A stretch of 64,000 nucleotides of DNA from NCBI GenBank assembly GCA_964016885.1, contig CAXHJY010001630.1, forward strand, positions 1-64,000, written 5' to 3'. The stretch comes from Eledone cirrhosa. Lineage: Eukaryota. Of this stretch, positions 36,516 to 51,049 are shown in pieces. Position numbers and translations under genes: made by a program. Every line of letters starts with the position of its first letter. Position 1 is the stretch's first letter. The notes below the pieces were generated by a model that saw only the letters and a program-made list of their open reading frames with translations, did no database searches and was not told where the DNA came from.

Positions 36516-37489
36516 AGAACAATAGTGTGACAACTTTCAGTTGTAATATATAATTTTAGTCTTATATCTAGAGAAGGATTTAACACTTAATTCGTAATGA
36601 TTTAGTAGAAAATATCTAAAAACTGGTTTATTGATTCAAATGTTTGTAATATCTTTACAAGTAGACAGCTTGTTTTGAAAATTTGCAGAAAACTAAAGTA
36701 AATACTTTAATTCTTAATGTGATGCAGTCATGATGTTGTTTTGTACTTTTCAATAATGTCATGCTAATGTGGTTTCATACAGTAGAGGATGTTAAGAGTT
36801 AAACACATACATATGTAGATGCCAGGTTGAATGATAGAATACAGTTGTGTAGTGAAACCAAGGTAAGTTATTATGGATATTCTTGATTATAAGTCATGAT
36901 AATGTGATCCAAAGCAAACAATAGAAATACTTCTGACTTTCACCTGTCAACATGACATGTACATTTAAATGTTGTACTCAGAAACACAAAACAACACCCG
37001 ATTCTTCTTCATCATCTTCATCATCATCATCATTTAACATCTGTTTTCCCTGCAAGCAAGGATTGAACAAGTCCCCACAGGCCAAGACAATATTTAATTG
37101 GAGCCACTGATCTCTCAGATGAACCAAGAGCTGCATCTCACTTGCACACGTTCCTACACTTTACGTAGTGCACCAGCTATATTCTATCATGTCACCAACA
37201 CTAAAGAGGTTGTCATGGTTTTGACTCTTTGTTTGGCAAGTTTTCTATGGCCGGATGCCCTTCACATCACCAACCCCCTTACAGAGTAGACTGGGTGCAT
37301 TTTATTGTATCCTTCACAGAGCATATGAGCAAGACATGGTCACGTGACCAGTCTATCCTCATAACGTCACAGCCCGTCCAACCCATGCAAGCATGGAAAA
37401 TATACATTAAACAATGATGATGATGATATTCATCTAAATGTAATTCAGAAGATAATGACTATGAGAATTGCTGTTAAAAACTGACTTAC

Positions 37490-37626
37490 GGAGCTCCCCC
37501 TGTCTAAAATACTGCTGATGCGACTAAGAACACTAGTTAGACTTCGACGCTGAGGATTCATCGGACTATCAGGATGTTTTGTCTGTAGTTCAGCATCCTC
37601 AGAGATGCTGCTTTCTTCCTCCATCT
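37490..37626 (-). CDS. PIKFYVE: PIKfyve coding exon 3 (...RRSLTSVLSRISSILDRGSS)
   Basis: CAG acceptor, GTAAG donor, phase 1/0; resembles the pre-FYVE segment of PIKfyve. Confidence 0.85.
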
Positions 37627-38354
37627 CTGCAAACATCAAAGAAAAAACAACATTATGATACTACAGAGTCATAAACACAGTATTTTTCCAGAACATAAAT
37701 GAAAAATAAATAATAATGTATATTTATCTATATATGTATGTATATGAGAATTAAGCAAGAAAATAATCACGCTCACATATTCATATTACTCCCAGGTCAT
37801 GCAAGACACATATTTAACAAAAATATCGAAATATTAATTAATTCAACTATCAATATTTAAACTTAATCCCACTTGATAAAAGAAATGATAGAATACAATA
37901 GGCATTCTTTCTTTAACAAATAAGATGACATCTATAAACTAAAATGTTCACGGTTGATAAGCATATAATGGCCGGAACCATAAAACCAAGAATATTCTAG
38001 TATTTATTATTAATTCATTGTAGAGTCATCATCATCATCATTTTACGTCCGCTTTTCCCTGCTTGCAAGGGTGGGACGGGAACTGATTCTGGCTTGATTT
38101 CTACAGCTGGATGCCCTTCCTAACACCAACCTCATTTACAGTGAGTGCTGGGTGCTTTTTTTTTTTGGCGTGTCACCTACAGGTCCACTTTACAGTGGAA
38201 TGATAGGGACTCCAGTCCCTATCATCTCATTTCTACAGCTGAATAAACTGGAGCAATGTGAAATAAAGTGTCATGCTCAAGGAAATAACACATCAAAGAA
38301 TAATAATAAAAAAGGAGTATAAACTATTAAATAATTTTATGCAATAAATAGATA

Positions 38355-40970
38355 TCTTAGGAAAGTGGAAAGTACAATCCACTGCAATAAATATGTACCT
38401 TTGGAGAGTGGAAAGTACAGATCACTGCAGTAAACAGGGGTCTTTGGAAAGTGGAAAGTACAGATCACTACAGTAAACATGTGTCTTTGGAAAGTGGAAA
38501 GTACAGATCACTACAGTAAACAGGTGTCTTTGGAAAGTAGAAAATATAGATCACTGCAGTAAACAGGTGTCTTTGGAAAGTGGAAAGTACAGATCACTGC
38601 AGTAAACAGGTATCTTTGGAGAGTTGAAAGTACAGGTCACTGCAGTAAACAGGTGTCTTTGGAAAGTGGAAAGTACAGGTCACTGCAGTAAACAGGTGTC
38701 TTTGGAAAGTGGAAAGTACAGGTCACTGCAGTAAACAGGTGTCTTTGGAGAGTGGAAAGTACAGGTCACTGCAGTAAACAGGTGTCTTTGGAAAGTGGAA
38801 AGTACAGGTCACTGCAGTAAACAGGTGTCTTTGGAGAGTGGAAAGTACAGGTCACTGCAGTAAACAGGTGTCTTTGGAAAGTGGAAAGTACAGATCACTG
38901 CAGTAAACAGGTGTCTTTGGAGAGTGGAAAGTACAGGTCACTGCAGTAAACAGGTGTCTTTGGAAAGTGGAAAGTACAGATCACTGCAGTAAACAGGTGT
39001 CTTTGGAGAGTGGAAAGTACAGATCACTGCAGTAAACAGGTGTCTTTGGAAAGTGGAAAGTACAGATCACTGCAGTAAACAGGTGTCTTTGGAAAGTGGA
39101 AAGTACAGGTCACTGCAGTAAACAGGTATCTTTGGAAAGTGGAAAGTACAGGTCACTGCAGTAAACAGGTACCTTTGGAGAGTGGAAAGTACAGGTCACT
39201 GCAGTAAACAGGTACCTTTGGAAAGTGGAAAGTACAGGTCACTGCAGTAAACAGGTGTCTTTGGAGAATGGAAAGTACAGGTCACTGCAGTAAACAGGTG
39301 TCTTTGGAAAGTGGAAAGTACAGATCACTGCAGTAAACAGGTGTCTTTGGAAAGTGGAAAGTACAGGTCACTGCAGTAAACAGGTGTCTTTGGAAAGTGG
39401 AAAGTACAGGTCACTGCAGTAAACAGGTGTCTTTGGAGAGTGGAAAGTACAGGTCACTGCAGTAAACAGGTGTCTTTGGAGAGTGGAAAGTACAGATCAC
39501 TGCAGTAAACAGGTGTCTTTGGAGAATGGAAAGTACAGGTCACTGCAGTAAACAGGTGTCTTTGGAAAGTGGAAAGTACAGGTCACTGCAGTAAACAGGT
39601 GTCTTTGGAGAGTGGAAAGTACAGGTCACTGCAGTAAACAGGTGTCTTTGGAGAGTGGAAAGTACAGATCACTGCAGTAAACAGGTGTCTTTGGAGAATG
39701 GAAAGTACAGGTCACTGCAGTAAACAGGTGTCTTTGGAAAGTGGAAAGTACAGATCACTGCAGTAAACAGGTGTCTTTGGAAAGTGGAAAGTACAGATCA
39801 CTGCAGTAAACAGGTGTCTTTGGAAAGTGGAAAGTACAGATCACTGCAGTAAACAGGTGTCTTTGGAAAGTGGAAAGTACAGGTCACTGCAGTAAACAGG
39901 TGTCTATGGAAAGTGGAAAGTACAGGTCACTGCAGTAAACAGGTGTCTTTGGAAAGTGGAAAGTACAGGTCACTGCAGTAAACAGGTACTTTTGGAGAGT
40001 GGAAAGTACAGGTCACTGCAGTAAACAGGTGTCTTTGGAGAGTGGAAAGTACAGGTCACTGCAGTAAACAGGTGTCTTTGGAAAGTGGAAAGTACAGATC
40101 ACCGCAGTAAACAGGTGTCTTTGGAGAGTGGAAAGTACAGGTCACTGCAGTAAACAGGTGTCTTTGGAGAGTGGAAAGTACAGATCACTGCAGTAAACAG
40201 GTGTCTTTGGAGAATGGAAAGTACAGGTCACTGCAGTAAACAGGTGTCTTTGGAAAGTGGAAAGTACAGATCACTGCAGTAAACAGGTGTCTTTGGAAAG
40301 TGGAAAGTACAGATCACTGCAGTAAACAGGTGTCTTTGGAAAGTGGAAAGTACAGATCACTGCAGTAAACAGGTGTCTTTGGAAAGTGGAAAGTACAGGT
40401 CACTGCAGTAAACAGGTGTCTATGGAAAGTGGAAAGTACAGGTCACTGCAGTAAACAGGTGTCTTTGGAAAGTGGAAAGTACAGATCACTGCAGTAAACA
40501 GGTGTCTTTGGAAAGTGGAAAGTACAGATCACTGCAGTAAACAGGTGTCTTTGGAAAGTGGAAAGTACAGATCACTGCAGTAAACAGGTGTCTTTGGAAA
40601 GTGGAAAGTACAGGTCACTGCAGTAAACAGGTGTCTATGGAAAGTGGAAAGTACAGGTCACTGCAGTAAACAGGTGTCTTTGGAAAGTGGAAAGTACAGG
40701 TCACTGCAGTAAACAGGTACTTTTGGAGAGTGGAAAGTACAGGTCACTGCAGTAAACAGGTATCTTTGGAAAGTGGAAAGTACAGATCACTGCAGTAAAC
40801 AGGTGTCTTTGGAAAGTGGAAAGTACAGGTCACTGCAGTAAACAGGTGTCTTTGGAAAGTGGAAAGTACAGGTCACTGCAGTAAACAGGTGTCTTTGGAA
40901 AGTGGAAAGTACAGGTCCCTGCAATAAATATGTACTTTTGGAATGTAGAAAGTACAGCTCACTGTATTAA
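38355..40970. repeat. 43-bp tandem satellite, ~60 copies, with degenerate edges to ~41180
   Basis: ctttggaaagtggaaagtacaggtcactgcagtaaacaggtgt. Confidence 0.97.
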
Positions 40971-41456
40971 ATATGACTCTTTCAGAAGTACAGTTTCTGC
41001 TATAAATAGGTATATTTGGATATGCTGTAAATAGGTATCTTTGAGAATATAGCTATTTGCTGTAAATAAGTGCACTTGAGGATTAAAGTAGGTCTTATTA
41101 ATGTAAATAAGTGTGTTTAAGAAGTACAGTTCTGTACTGTAAACAAGGGTCTTAAGTAAATACAGTTTATTGCAGTAAGTAATTGAAGCATAACTTTTGT
41201 TAGTTTACACAACTGAGGTCAACAGTTTTTCAGCAACATGTAGACATTGGTCTCCAACTACTGAAGTTCATAAAACTGGAATCAAACCAACTGACTGACT
41301 CCACTACTTTATAAATAAAAAGCCTTGTGCAAAACTGATATAATATTCATGAAGCAATTTACAGATGTAGTGCAAGGAGAGAAAAGCAGTAACAGAGAAA
41401 CAAGCAACAGATGAGATGTACAACAAATATTTAATAGAGAATAGACATTTGCTTAC

Positions 41457-41582
41457 CGGGTGATGAAGTATTGCTTTCCGTCTTGAGTGGGCATTGTTTA
41501 ATGGTTGAAACATTCTCCCCAGCTGTTTCTTCTGATGATTCATTAGTGGGAGTTGTTGAATTTCCTTGTGCATCAGGAACAT
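41457..41582 (-). CDS. PIKFYVE: PIKfyve coding exon 2 (Ser/Thr-rich linker, DVPDAQGNSTTPTNESS...)
   Basis: TAG acceptor, GTAAG donor, 126 nt, phase 1/1, open and in frame with both neighbours. Confidence 0.75.
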
Positions 41583-42039
41583 CTAAGGTGATGAAAAAAT
41601 ATAGAACATTTATGCCAATATTCTTTAACCTGTCAATCTATATATTTTTACCTAATCATTCAACTATTAACCCTTTTGATAACAACCTGCCCCAAACCAT
41701 CTCAGATTTTATTTAACTAAATCACACATGTTAAAGGATTCCTACTTAAATAAAAACCTTCCAATATAATTTTATATAAGAACATTTTGTTATGTTACAA
41801 ATACCATTCTAAAGAAATTATAATTTTAGTGAATCCTTCTCAAATTCTTCATGAATTAATACAAAGTATTCCATTAGAAATATGGTAATGAAAGGGTTAA
41901 TGATGAAACTAACTCTTTTCATTTCAGGGTTGGATTGACATGTGCAGCTGGGTCGGAAGTGGTATTGAGACTGGTGGGTGTAGAATCAGTTAGCTAGAAT
42001 TTACAAATGTTATGGTACTACTTAACTTGTCAACAGGAG

Positions 42040-42720
42040 GTGATATCCAACATGCACTTTGATGCCGAATTCTGTATGGCTGGAATGGAAATCAATGCAG
42101 CGAAGACCGAGACACTCATCCTTTCAAGGAAGCCTGCGCAGTGCACTCTACTTGTGAGTGAAGTTTCACTGAAGCAGAAGGGGGAGTTCAAGTATCTCAG
42201 GGCCGTGATGGAAGGTAGAGGGTTAAATTAAGTGCAAGAATTGCAGGAGCTGATGCAGTAATGTGCCAGCTTCAACATTTGGTAATCAGAAGGAGAGTAG
42301 GTATAAAAGCCAAACTCATTATCTTTAATTCGGGCATTCATATCATGAATACAAGCGGCCAAAATGGGGTTCCTCCAAAGGGTCTTCAGAATAACGTTAC
42401 TCAATAGAGTGCATAGCTCAGAGATCAGTCAGTCACTCAAGGTAGAGTCACTACCTCTCCAAATTGAGAGATCATAGCTCTGATATAACAGACATGTAGT
42501 TAGAATGTCTCAGAAAAGAATCGCTGGACAGATTTTATGGGCAAGACCAACCAACAGGAGACCTAGGGGTAGACCCCAAGCAAGATGGTTGAATAACATC
42601 CATGAGCTTGGCTGATCTCACTTGGAGATCCAGCTGAACCAATTGGAAATGGTTGCCTCTGACAGGACCCACTGAAAGGCATGCTTGAGGACTCTGTCCC
42701 CACAACACTTCCAGGAATAA
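42040..42720 (+). mobile_element. Degraded RTE (Expander/Rex3-like) LINE fragment
   Basis: GMEINAAKTETL, EFKYL, RPRGRP..RW remnants. Confidence 0.7.
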
Positions 42721-44775
42721 GTGGCCGAAGAAGTGGCTGGTGTTTGGAGCATAACTTGGCAGGGATTCTTACAGGAAATTGTGATGGAAGATTTTTGCAC
42801 TCTACTCAAACTACTAACACTACAAGAATAATTACTACTCATCATTGTCTCTGTTGATTCAAGACATGACAGAAGAGACAGGGTAAGTGGGTGAGATGTG
42901 CAAGGCTAAGATAAGAAAAACAAAATGATTGAGATGAGAGAATGACAGAGTGGAGACTAATAAACGGGAGACAGCATTAGAGGGAGTAATTGAAGAGATA
43001 CATTGATAGCAGGGAGTAATGGTAGAGCAACAATAATCACTGGTGGGGGGGGAGTATAGAAGAAGGGAGAAAGAATGGTAGGAGAAACCAAGTTGAAAGT
43101 GGAGAAATATAGTTATGAAAGTGTTAAATCTTTCTAATAAAGATATATGGTTATGAAAGGGTTAATCCTTCTGTCTTACGACAGGAGTGGGCCTGCCAAT
43201 TCTAATTTATACATTCTTTTATATAAAAGGAACCTTTCTACTCTTGAGTAAATGGGAAAGCTTTTTGTAACTTGCTTTTGTTCAACATTTTCTATTAATA
43301 CAAATGAAAGTGAACAAATGCTAGATATCATGTTGAAAAATTGCCTGTAGGCTGACATTGAATGAGAGGAAAATTATCTCAATATGACTCATGAAAATTA
43401 TTTCCTAATTAATGCAGTACCTGTCAAAAATGATGAGGTTTCTTTCTGGATCCTTACAATAATTCTTAATGTTTCTGCTTTCAATTAATTTTCCCTTCTT
43501 TCAGATTTTCTTGCACCTCCACTCACTCTCCATCAGTATTCCCATTCAATCACTCACACACCTCATTATTTCTCTTTTTCCTCTCTATTTATCAATTAAT
43601 CTATCTATCTTTTCCGTACCCCCTTATTGCCCTTACTTTCTTTCTCCCTCTCCTCATTCCACATATCTATTTATCTAATTCACTTCTCTATATAGCAATT
43701 TCTTTGTCTCTTTACCACTTCGCTCAGAACAACCATCACTTTCTTTTTCTATCATGATCAAGGGGAAATCAAAACCATCAGTGTTTCTGTCCACATTTTT
43801 CCATTTCTATGGATATTTAACTGATTTTCTCAACTATTATTATAATGATAAAAAATTATTACAATCATTGGGATGCTCACATTTCAAATTTCAAACATTT
43901 CCAACACTTTGTAAATCATCAAATTTATTTAAGTACTAAATAATTTTAATAAATCCCTCCAAATTCTTCATTAACTTATTGAAACTCAGTGTATTTCATT
44001 AGAACTATGGTGACAAATGGGTTAAATCATCTGTTATATCAAAGGAAAATAAAGAACCACAGTGAACTAGCTTTCATGCATCTACCACATCAATGATTCA
44101 TTTAAGTCAGTAACAAAAAGGGTTTTAAGTAGTTTGCAGCATTGAAAGACAAACAAATAAATCAAAGCTTTCTCACAAACGTTTGTCAATGGCAGAAACA
44201 AGCTAATGCAATTTTTTTAACATATATTTAATATGTTTATTATATATTGTACACATACACACAAAACTAGACTTCAGCTAGCAAAACAAGACATGGTAAA
44301 ATGCCTGTTAGCAGACTGGCTGATCAGCCAGATCTGCATATTAGCAGATCCACTGATCAGCCACTCTGCTAACATGCAAATCAGGCCGATCAGTCACTGT
44401 GTATTTTTTTTAAAAAAAGCATATATTTTCACTAGTTCTGACAGTTTGGCAGGTGAATAGTGAGCTGTACTGATGAAGGGTGATACCCAGAAACATTAGT
44501 GTCTGCAGTTCTGTTTGCATGCCAACACAAGAGCAAGAATGAAGTGTTCATTCTACTGACATGGCTATAAAATTGAGGCCTGTTTGCATAATTGCAAACG
44601 AATCGAATGTTGTTATTAATATTCGAAAAACTATATATACATATATATATACATACATATCTATATACATACGTATATATATACATACGTATATATACAT
44701 ACGAAAATATACATACGTATATATATACATATATATATGTATATAGATGCATATATATTATGATGATGATGATGA

Positions 44776-44824
<49 letters not shown>

Positions 44825-44827
<3 letters not shown>

Positions 44828-45400
44828 GTTGATTGCTACTTCTTGTCAGAAGAGTGCCATGCCTTCATTGAACATGGCACGGTCATGTGCACACAGGTGA
44901 CTTTTCAGACTCACTTTTGTTTTGTAGACACGTTCACAGATGTGACACTTAAACTGTCTGTTTCCTGCCAATACCGGCTGGGGTGTGTTTTCTGCATTTT
45001 ACCATGTCTGGTCAGACAACCCGCTGACTTGCAAATTAAGCCACACTCACTGCAAATATGTCGTTGAGTGTGTGGCAGTAGAACCATCTCACAGCCGGCT
45101 CGATTTCTCCCTGGTTCATGTGATTTCAGATGGTTAACAAAACCAGCTCGTGTTAGAAGAAATCGGTCACATACATTGCACCTCAAATCTTGCTGAATTT
45201 TCTTGAGTCCTGCTTACAAAGTGAACGCTTCAAAACAGCATGCTCCACTCATTTTTTCTCAAAGACATCACATCCATATTTGATGGTCTTTCTCCATGAT
45301 GAACAGCCTTGAGCCAGTCTCTGGCTCAAGGCTGTACATCATAGAGAAAGATCATCAAATATGGACAAGATATCTTTGAGAAAAAGCAAGTGTTGCATTT
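44825..45400 (-). mobile_element. LINE 3' fragment with C2H2 zinc fingers (RTE-like)
   Basis: CNVCDR...NHLKSH and CSECGLICKSAGCLTRH. Confidence 0.6.
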
Positions 45401-45482
45401 TGTTTTGAAGTGTTCATACATACATACATACATACATACATTCATATATATATACATACATATATATATATATACATACTTT

Positions 45483-45530
<48 letters not shown>

Positions 45531-45779
45531 CACATACATATATATACGTGTGTGTGTGTGTGTTCATAGATACATACATATCAGAAAAGAGATACCAGAT
45601 ATCAGTTTAGCATACGTTTATTCCATTGCATGTGTTTCACCAGTGATCAGGCCCAATTTAGTTCTCAATTATGTATCATTATAGTGAATAGTAGTGTTCA
45701 ACTCCTTGGGTTACTGGCTCATCAGACGTGATGAAATAACTGCTTATTTGTTATAATTATTATTTTTCTTTGAGTCTCA

Positions 45780-46115
45780 GTCACTGATGTTATTTAACTG
45801 GAAAGTTTGTTCAAATGAACATCAAGCCACTACCTGCAGCCTCAGATATTCAGGATGTATCGGAGGGTTCTTGCTGTTCCCAGCAAGCATGTGTTTTGAA
45901 GTGTTCCAAAAAAGGGGGCTGGACTAATGTTCTTTAACCATCCTTGAAAACTCTTTAAGATAGTACCTAGTGGTCCTATGACAGTCAGGACAACCTTGAT
46001 CTCATTACAATCCAAAGTCCTTTTTAATTTCCACTTTAGATTCCTGGTATCAGTTAATTTTCTCCTTCTCCTTTTCTTGCACTCTTTCATCAGGCTACAT
46101 ATACAATCAGGCATG
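45780..46115 (-). mobile_element. R4/Dong-like LINE C-terminal fragment
   Basis: VVLTVIGPLGT...LQNTCLLGTARTLR, typical of the C-terminus of restriction-like-endonuclease LINEs. Confidence 0.7.
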
Positions 46116-48265
46116 ATCTTTTTTACTTATCAAAAACCACTAGCACCTTCACTTGATCATTTTCTATCATCGACTCTGGATTATCATCATCATCATTATT
46201 ATTATTACTACTACTATTATTATTACACACACACACATAATAATATGCACTCAAACATACACATATATACATGTGAAGATGTCATGTTGGAACAACAACA
46301 TTTCATACAAAAGTCAGATGTTTAGTTAAAAAGAAAAAACAAAAAGCCAATAAATTGATTTCAGCATTAAAGAAACAGCCATGTAAACAAATGTTTATTG
46401 TGCTCCATTTACCATCAATATTTCACAGTAAAAATAACATAGGGTAGTATCATTTATAGATATTGAATAGTTATAGGCAAAATCAACAGAAACACACACA
46501 TACAAAAAAATCTTTAAATTACGACTGATGAATTACAACTACTACCAATTGATTTAAGAAACACTGTAAATTGACAGAAGTGCTAAATGATCATATGAAA
46601 TGATGTGCACTATTGTATTTTGCCTCCTTACAGTTCAAAACCCACTGAAGTCAACTTTGCCTTTCTTCCTTTCAGTGTTAACAAATAAACTACCTGACTG
46701 GCAGAATTACTAGAGTTCTGGCTATTTGCACTCTGAGCTCAAATCCTGCCCTAGTTGACATAGATGGTAGTCTTAATCTTGTTACCTGGTTTAACACCAC
46801 CACCTTGCTCTTGAGTACTTTTAACGGAGCCTAATTTGTTGTAAGCATTTGGACCAGGACTTCTGTTTGAGAATATCTTCATCCCTCCCTCCTGCCAATC
46901 TTGGAGACCCTGAAAAGGGTCATGAGCGCTGCTCTTCCCCTTGACTAAGTCATATAATAACAATTGAATCTGAAATAAGAATACCTTTTCTACAGAATAC
47001 ATAACTGGAGTAGACTACTAATAGAGTTGTAAAATAAAAAAAAAAACAACTAAAATATATCCAAGAATACACTTATTGAATATTTAACTATTTGTGACAG
47101 TAACCTTTTAAAGACTTAGAGCTTTTTAGGTGGTCAATTTGACTGAGTTGTTAGAGCATAAGATATTTACTCCAGGTTTCTAAGTTCAAATCGTGCCAAG
47201 TTCTATTTTGTTTTTCACTCTTTCCAGCTGTCACATCCTGGGAGTGAGTGTCAAGAGGGTGTCCATGACTGCTCACAGCTGTATGGTCCCTAAAACCCTA
47301 GGCAAAATTATGGTACATACTACCATGTCATACTCGATAGCAAGTGATGACTGTAGTTGTTTTACTATTGGGTTACTATTTCACTGATTTAACCTTATAA
47401 ATGTTTTAAAAAGTATGTAAAATAGTGCATGTTCATAAGGTAATGATAAAGGGCCTATAACTCATGATATAAGTGTACAGGTGCTGTCCTGACACACAGC
47501 ATATCTTGGGCATTTTAAATATGGCAGAGCCCATCCCTCTCCATGTAAGAAAACTGAAATATCTCCAGAGAAAGAGGGAGGAAGAGAGAGAGTGATAAAG
47601 AAAGATAGAAGAATTAACCCAAGTATTGGACTTGTACTTTATTTATTGAAAGTTGACCTTGGCATGATTTGAATGCCTGAACAAATTCAACAAACCATTC
47701 CAACTGACATTCTTATAACTCTACCAATTCACTGCACTGTGGGAAAATAACGGAATAGAAAAAAGAACAATAGATTTTTTAAATTAATAAGATTCCATCT
47801 CTTATTTATGAACATACAATATTTTACACACTTTTTTTAAACATTTATAAGACAAAGTCAGTTTATGATAGTTAAACTAATGTTAAAATAAGGAAAACTA
47901 AATATTAGTTAATATTTATGTTCATTGTTTTCAGCAAGTATGGGACATAACTCTAGACATGTTTTGTTCTTATTTTGACCTCATCAGCAAAATATAGCCA
48001 TCACTATACTTGCCAAAGTAGTGATGAGAAAATCACTTAGTAAATGTACAAGATTGTACATTGTTTGGTATAACCACAGATCAAACAAATACCGAAGAGT
48101 GGAATTTCTTAGTAGGAAATTATAAGGAAGCATGTCAAATGGACTACATCTATTCTGAGGTAGTAAACTTAATCTGTTACACAATTTAACACTGCAACCT
48201 GACTTTTAACTGCCTTTAGCAAAGTCAACTCTGTTGCAAAAATTTGAACCAGATTTCTATTTTAA

Positions 48266-48498
48266 CCCTTTAAGCATTTAAACTGGCCATATCCGGCCAG
48301 AATTCTCTCAGCTATTTCTGTTCAAACTGGCCATAATTGGCCACTCATACTGACATTAAAGCATTATTCTGTTCTCAAAATAAATAATATCATCATCAAA
48401 ATCTCGTAGATTCCATATTATGTGAGATAATTATGTGAGATAAAGCCTTTACCATAAAAATGTAATAGTATATATAGAGTAATATAAATGCTAAAGGG
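48266..48498. mobile_element. piggyBac-type MITE family A
   Basis: TTAA|CCCTTT...AAAGGG|TTAA. Confidence 0.8.
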
Positions 48499-50392
48499 TT
48501 AAATATAACTTCCTTCTATCAAAAAATCTAAAAGTGCTGTCCTACTTATCATGAAGGCATAAAAAATGCTACTTTATTTGCAATAAATTAAATACAAAGA
48601 TAGCCATCCATTTCATGTTCAGTTACCTTCTCAATTCCCATGGAAGAAAACAACAGAAAATCAGTCATGTATATCGATGTTTGAATTATTACACAAAGAA
48701 TTACTTAAGAGGTACCCAACAACTCTATGAGTTACATTACATTTCTCTTCATAATAGAATTAGAGAGAAAAGAAAGAACACACCAAAATGTTGTTAGTAT
48801 CACACAGCAAAATATATTCACTACATGCTGGCTCAGACATTAAGAAAATAAATAATTCTTCACATACAAGGTCTTTTCTTTAAAGGCATATTTCTGAAAA
48901 AATATACACAATATATATAAATACTGATACAATATATACACATACAGGATGTCAAATACAATATTTAATTAGATAATTAATTTCAGTAGCATTTCACACA
49001 TGAAATTAAAATAACCATACCAAAACACAAATGGTTGGGAGTGTCTCAAAAATCTGCCTATTCAACTTCTACAATGGTGGTTTCAGCTAGTCTAAAATAC
49101 ACAGTGGATGATTTTCAATTAATTTTGAAAATAATCAAGAATTTGGAGATTCTTAGTCATATAACTTCCTCCTTATTATACTGGTGTTTGGCGTATAACT
49201 TATCAAAGTTTCTTACATAGTGTTATGATGAAAGGGTTTTAGATAAATATAAACACTTTAAAACAAGCAGTTTTTGTATCATAACCAAGGGAAATTTTAG
49301 GCTGTTTGGTATCAAAATGGTTAATGTAAAATGCAATCAACAGAGAAAGTCTGTACTCTCATAACAGCTCACTTTGCCTTTCATCCTTACGGGGTCGATA
49401 AAATAAAGTACCAGTAATGTACTGGATAATTGCTGGCCTTGTGCCTAAAGTAGAAACAATTATTTATGCTTTGTTGAAAATGAACTACAATTAGATATCT
49501 CAAAAGAGAGCAATCTAGCTAGTTTTTGTTGTTGTCCAAGCCTTACCACTATATAATAGAACAGTTTCAATGCAAGCTTTGAAAAGTAGCATTTTAATTT
49601 TATCACAAGTACAGAAATGCTATCAAGGTATATCAATAGACAGATTACGTGGCAGTACTAGTATCAACTCACCAGTACATATATGCCATCAAAGTGTGTC
49701 AAAGGACTGGTTATTTCAGTAGTACAACACAAATGCTAAAGTATGGCCTAAGTTAATGACTATGTTGTCACTACTAGACAAATTAAACCACAAAACTGGA
49801 CAATTTAATTATATCTTTCATTGACCATGTCTTCAATTTCCTTTTCATATATTTCACAGCAGTATTCCTTTACACAGCACCAAATTGGCAGAGTCATTAG
49901 AACATTAGATAGAATACTTTGGGGTGTGTGTTCTGGCACTCTGAGTTCAAATTCCACCAAAGTCAACTTTGCTTTTTGAGGTTAATAAAAAAAGCACCAG
50001 TACTGGAGTCAAATCTTCCTCTATATCTCTTTTTCATTTCCTCTCTATCTCTTCCTTTCTCTAGAAGAAATCATGTGTTCAGACCTGGAGAGGGTGTGGG
50101 CTCTGCCAGGTTTCGAATGCCTAAGAAACACTGCATGTCACTACAGTACACCTATGACTCCACCAGAAGATACAAATCTTTATGATATGATTCCTTTAAG
50201 CATTGCAGCTCGTTTCTATTAGATTTGGAAAATGTATTTAATTATGGGGATTTTTTTAAAAATTAGATGTTGAGAAATTGAATTGACTTGAATATGTTGA
50301 AAACATTATACAATCTCTTTCTCCTTTTTTATTCTAGTAGAGAATTGACCACTGAAATAATCAAGATTCTCATTTTATAGTGGCACCATATA

Positions 50393-50975
50393 TCATCATC
50401 ATCACCATTTTACGTCTGTTCTTCCACGCTAGCATGGGTTAGACAGGTTGTCCTGTTGTGAGCAGTGTCCGGTCGGCTGACCTTGTCTTGCTCATACGGG
50501 AACTGATTCTAGCTTGATTTCTACAGCTGGATGCCCTTCCTAACACCAACCTCATTTACAGTGAGTGCTGGGTGCTTTTTTTCCGTGGCACCTACACATC
50601 CATTTTACAGTGTGTGCTGGGTGCTTTTTTGCCGTGGCACCTCTACGACCACTTTGCAGTGGGAGGGTGTGGAGGCATATTGTCTATATGCTTCAGCTTC
50701 GGCTTGTACCCGTGGGGGGTTGGGTCTTCTGTATTACTGCATGACGCCAGAGGTCACAGTCGTGTGCCTTTGAGAGGTGTAATTGGGTAAGGTCGGCTTT
50801 TATCACCTCATCGAAGGTGTTCTCCCCACTCCGCAGTTTCCATCGACTTCTAGAGTTCTGCACCTTTTTATGTAGCTGTCATCCTTCATACGCATCACAT
50901 GTCCATACCAACGCAACCGCCTCTCCTGCACACAGCATTTGATTCCTCTTATGCTCAGTCTCTCTCTCAATTCGG
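50393..50975 (-). mobile_element. RTE LINE 3' fragment (second subfamily)
   Basis: Reverse-complement homolog of ~13345-13930. Confidence 0.88.
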
Positions 50976-51049
50976 TACTTATTTCATCAACCCAGTGATG
51001 CATGGGTTACTGACATACATACACGCATGCATACATACATAAGTATGTA

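Noticed and set aside
35837-37484. Possible micro-exon between PIKfyve exons 3 and 4
   Set aside because: The exons already join in phase 0 and I found no convincing AG...GT candidate by eye; RNA-seq would decide.
38355-40970. CRISPR-like regular array
   Set aside because: Contiguous 43-bp units with no unique spacers, no cas genes, eukaryotic intron.
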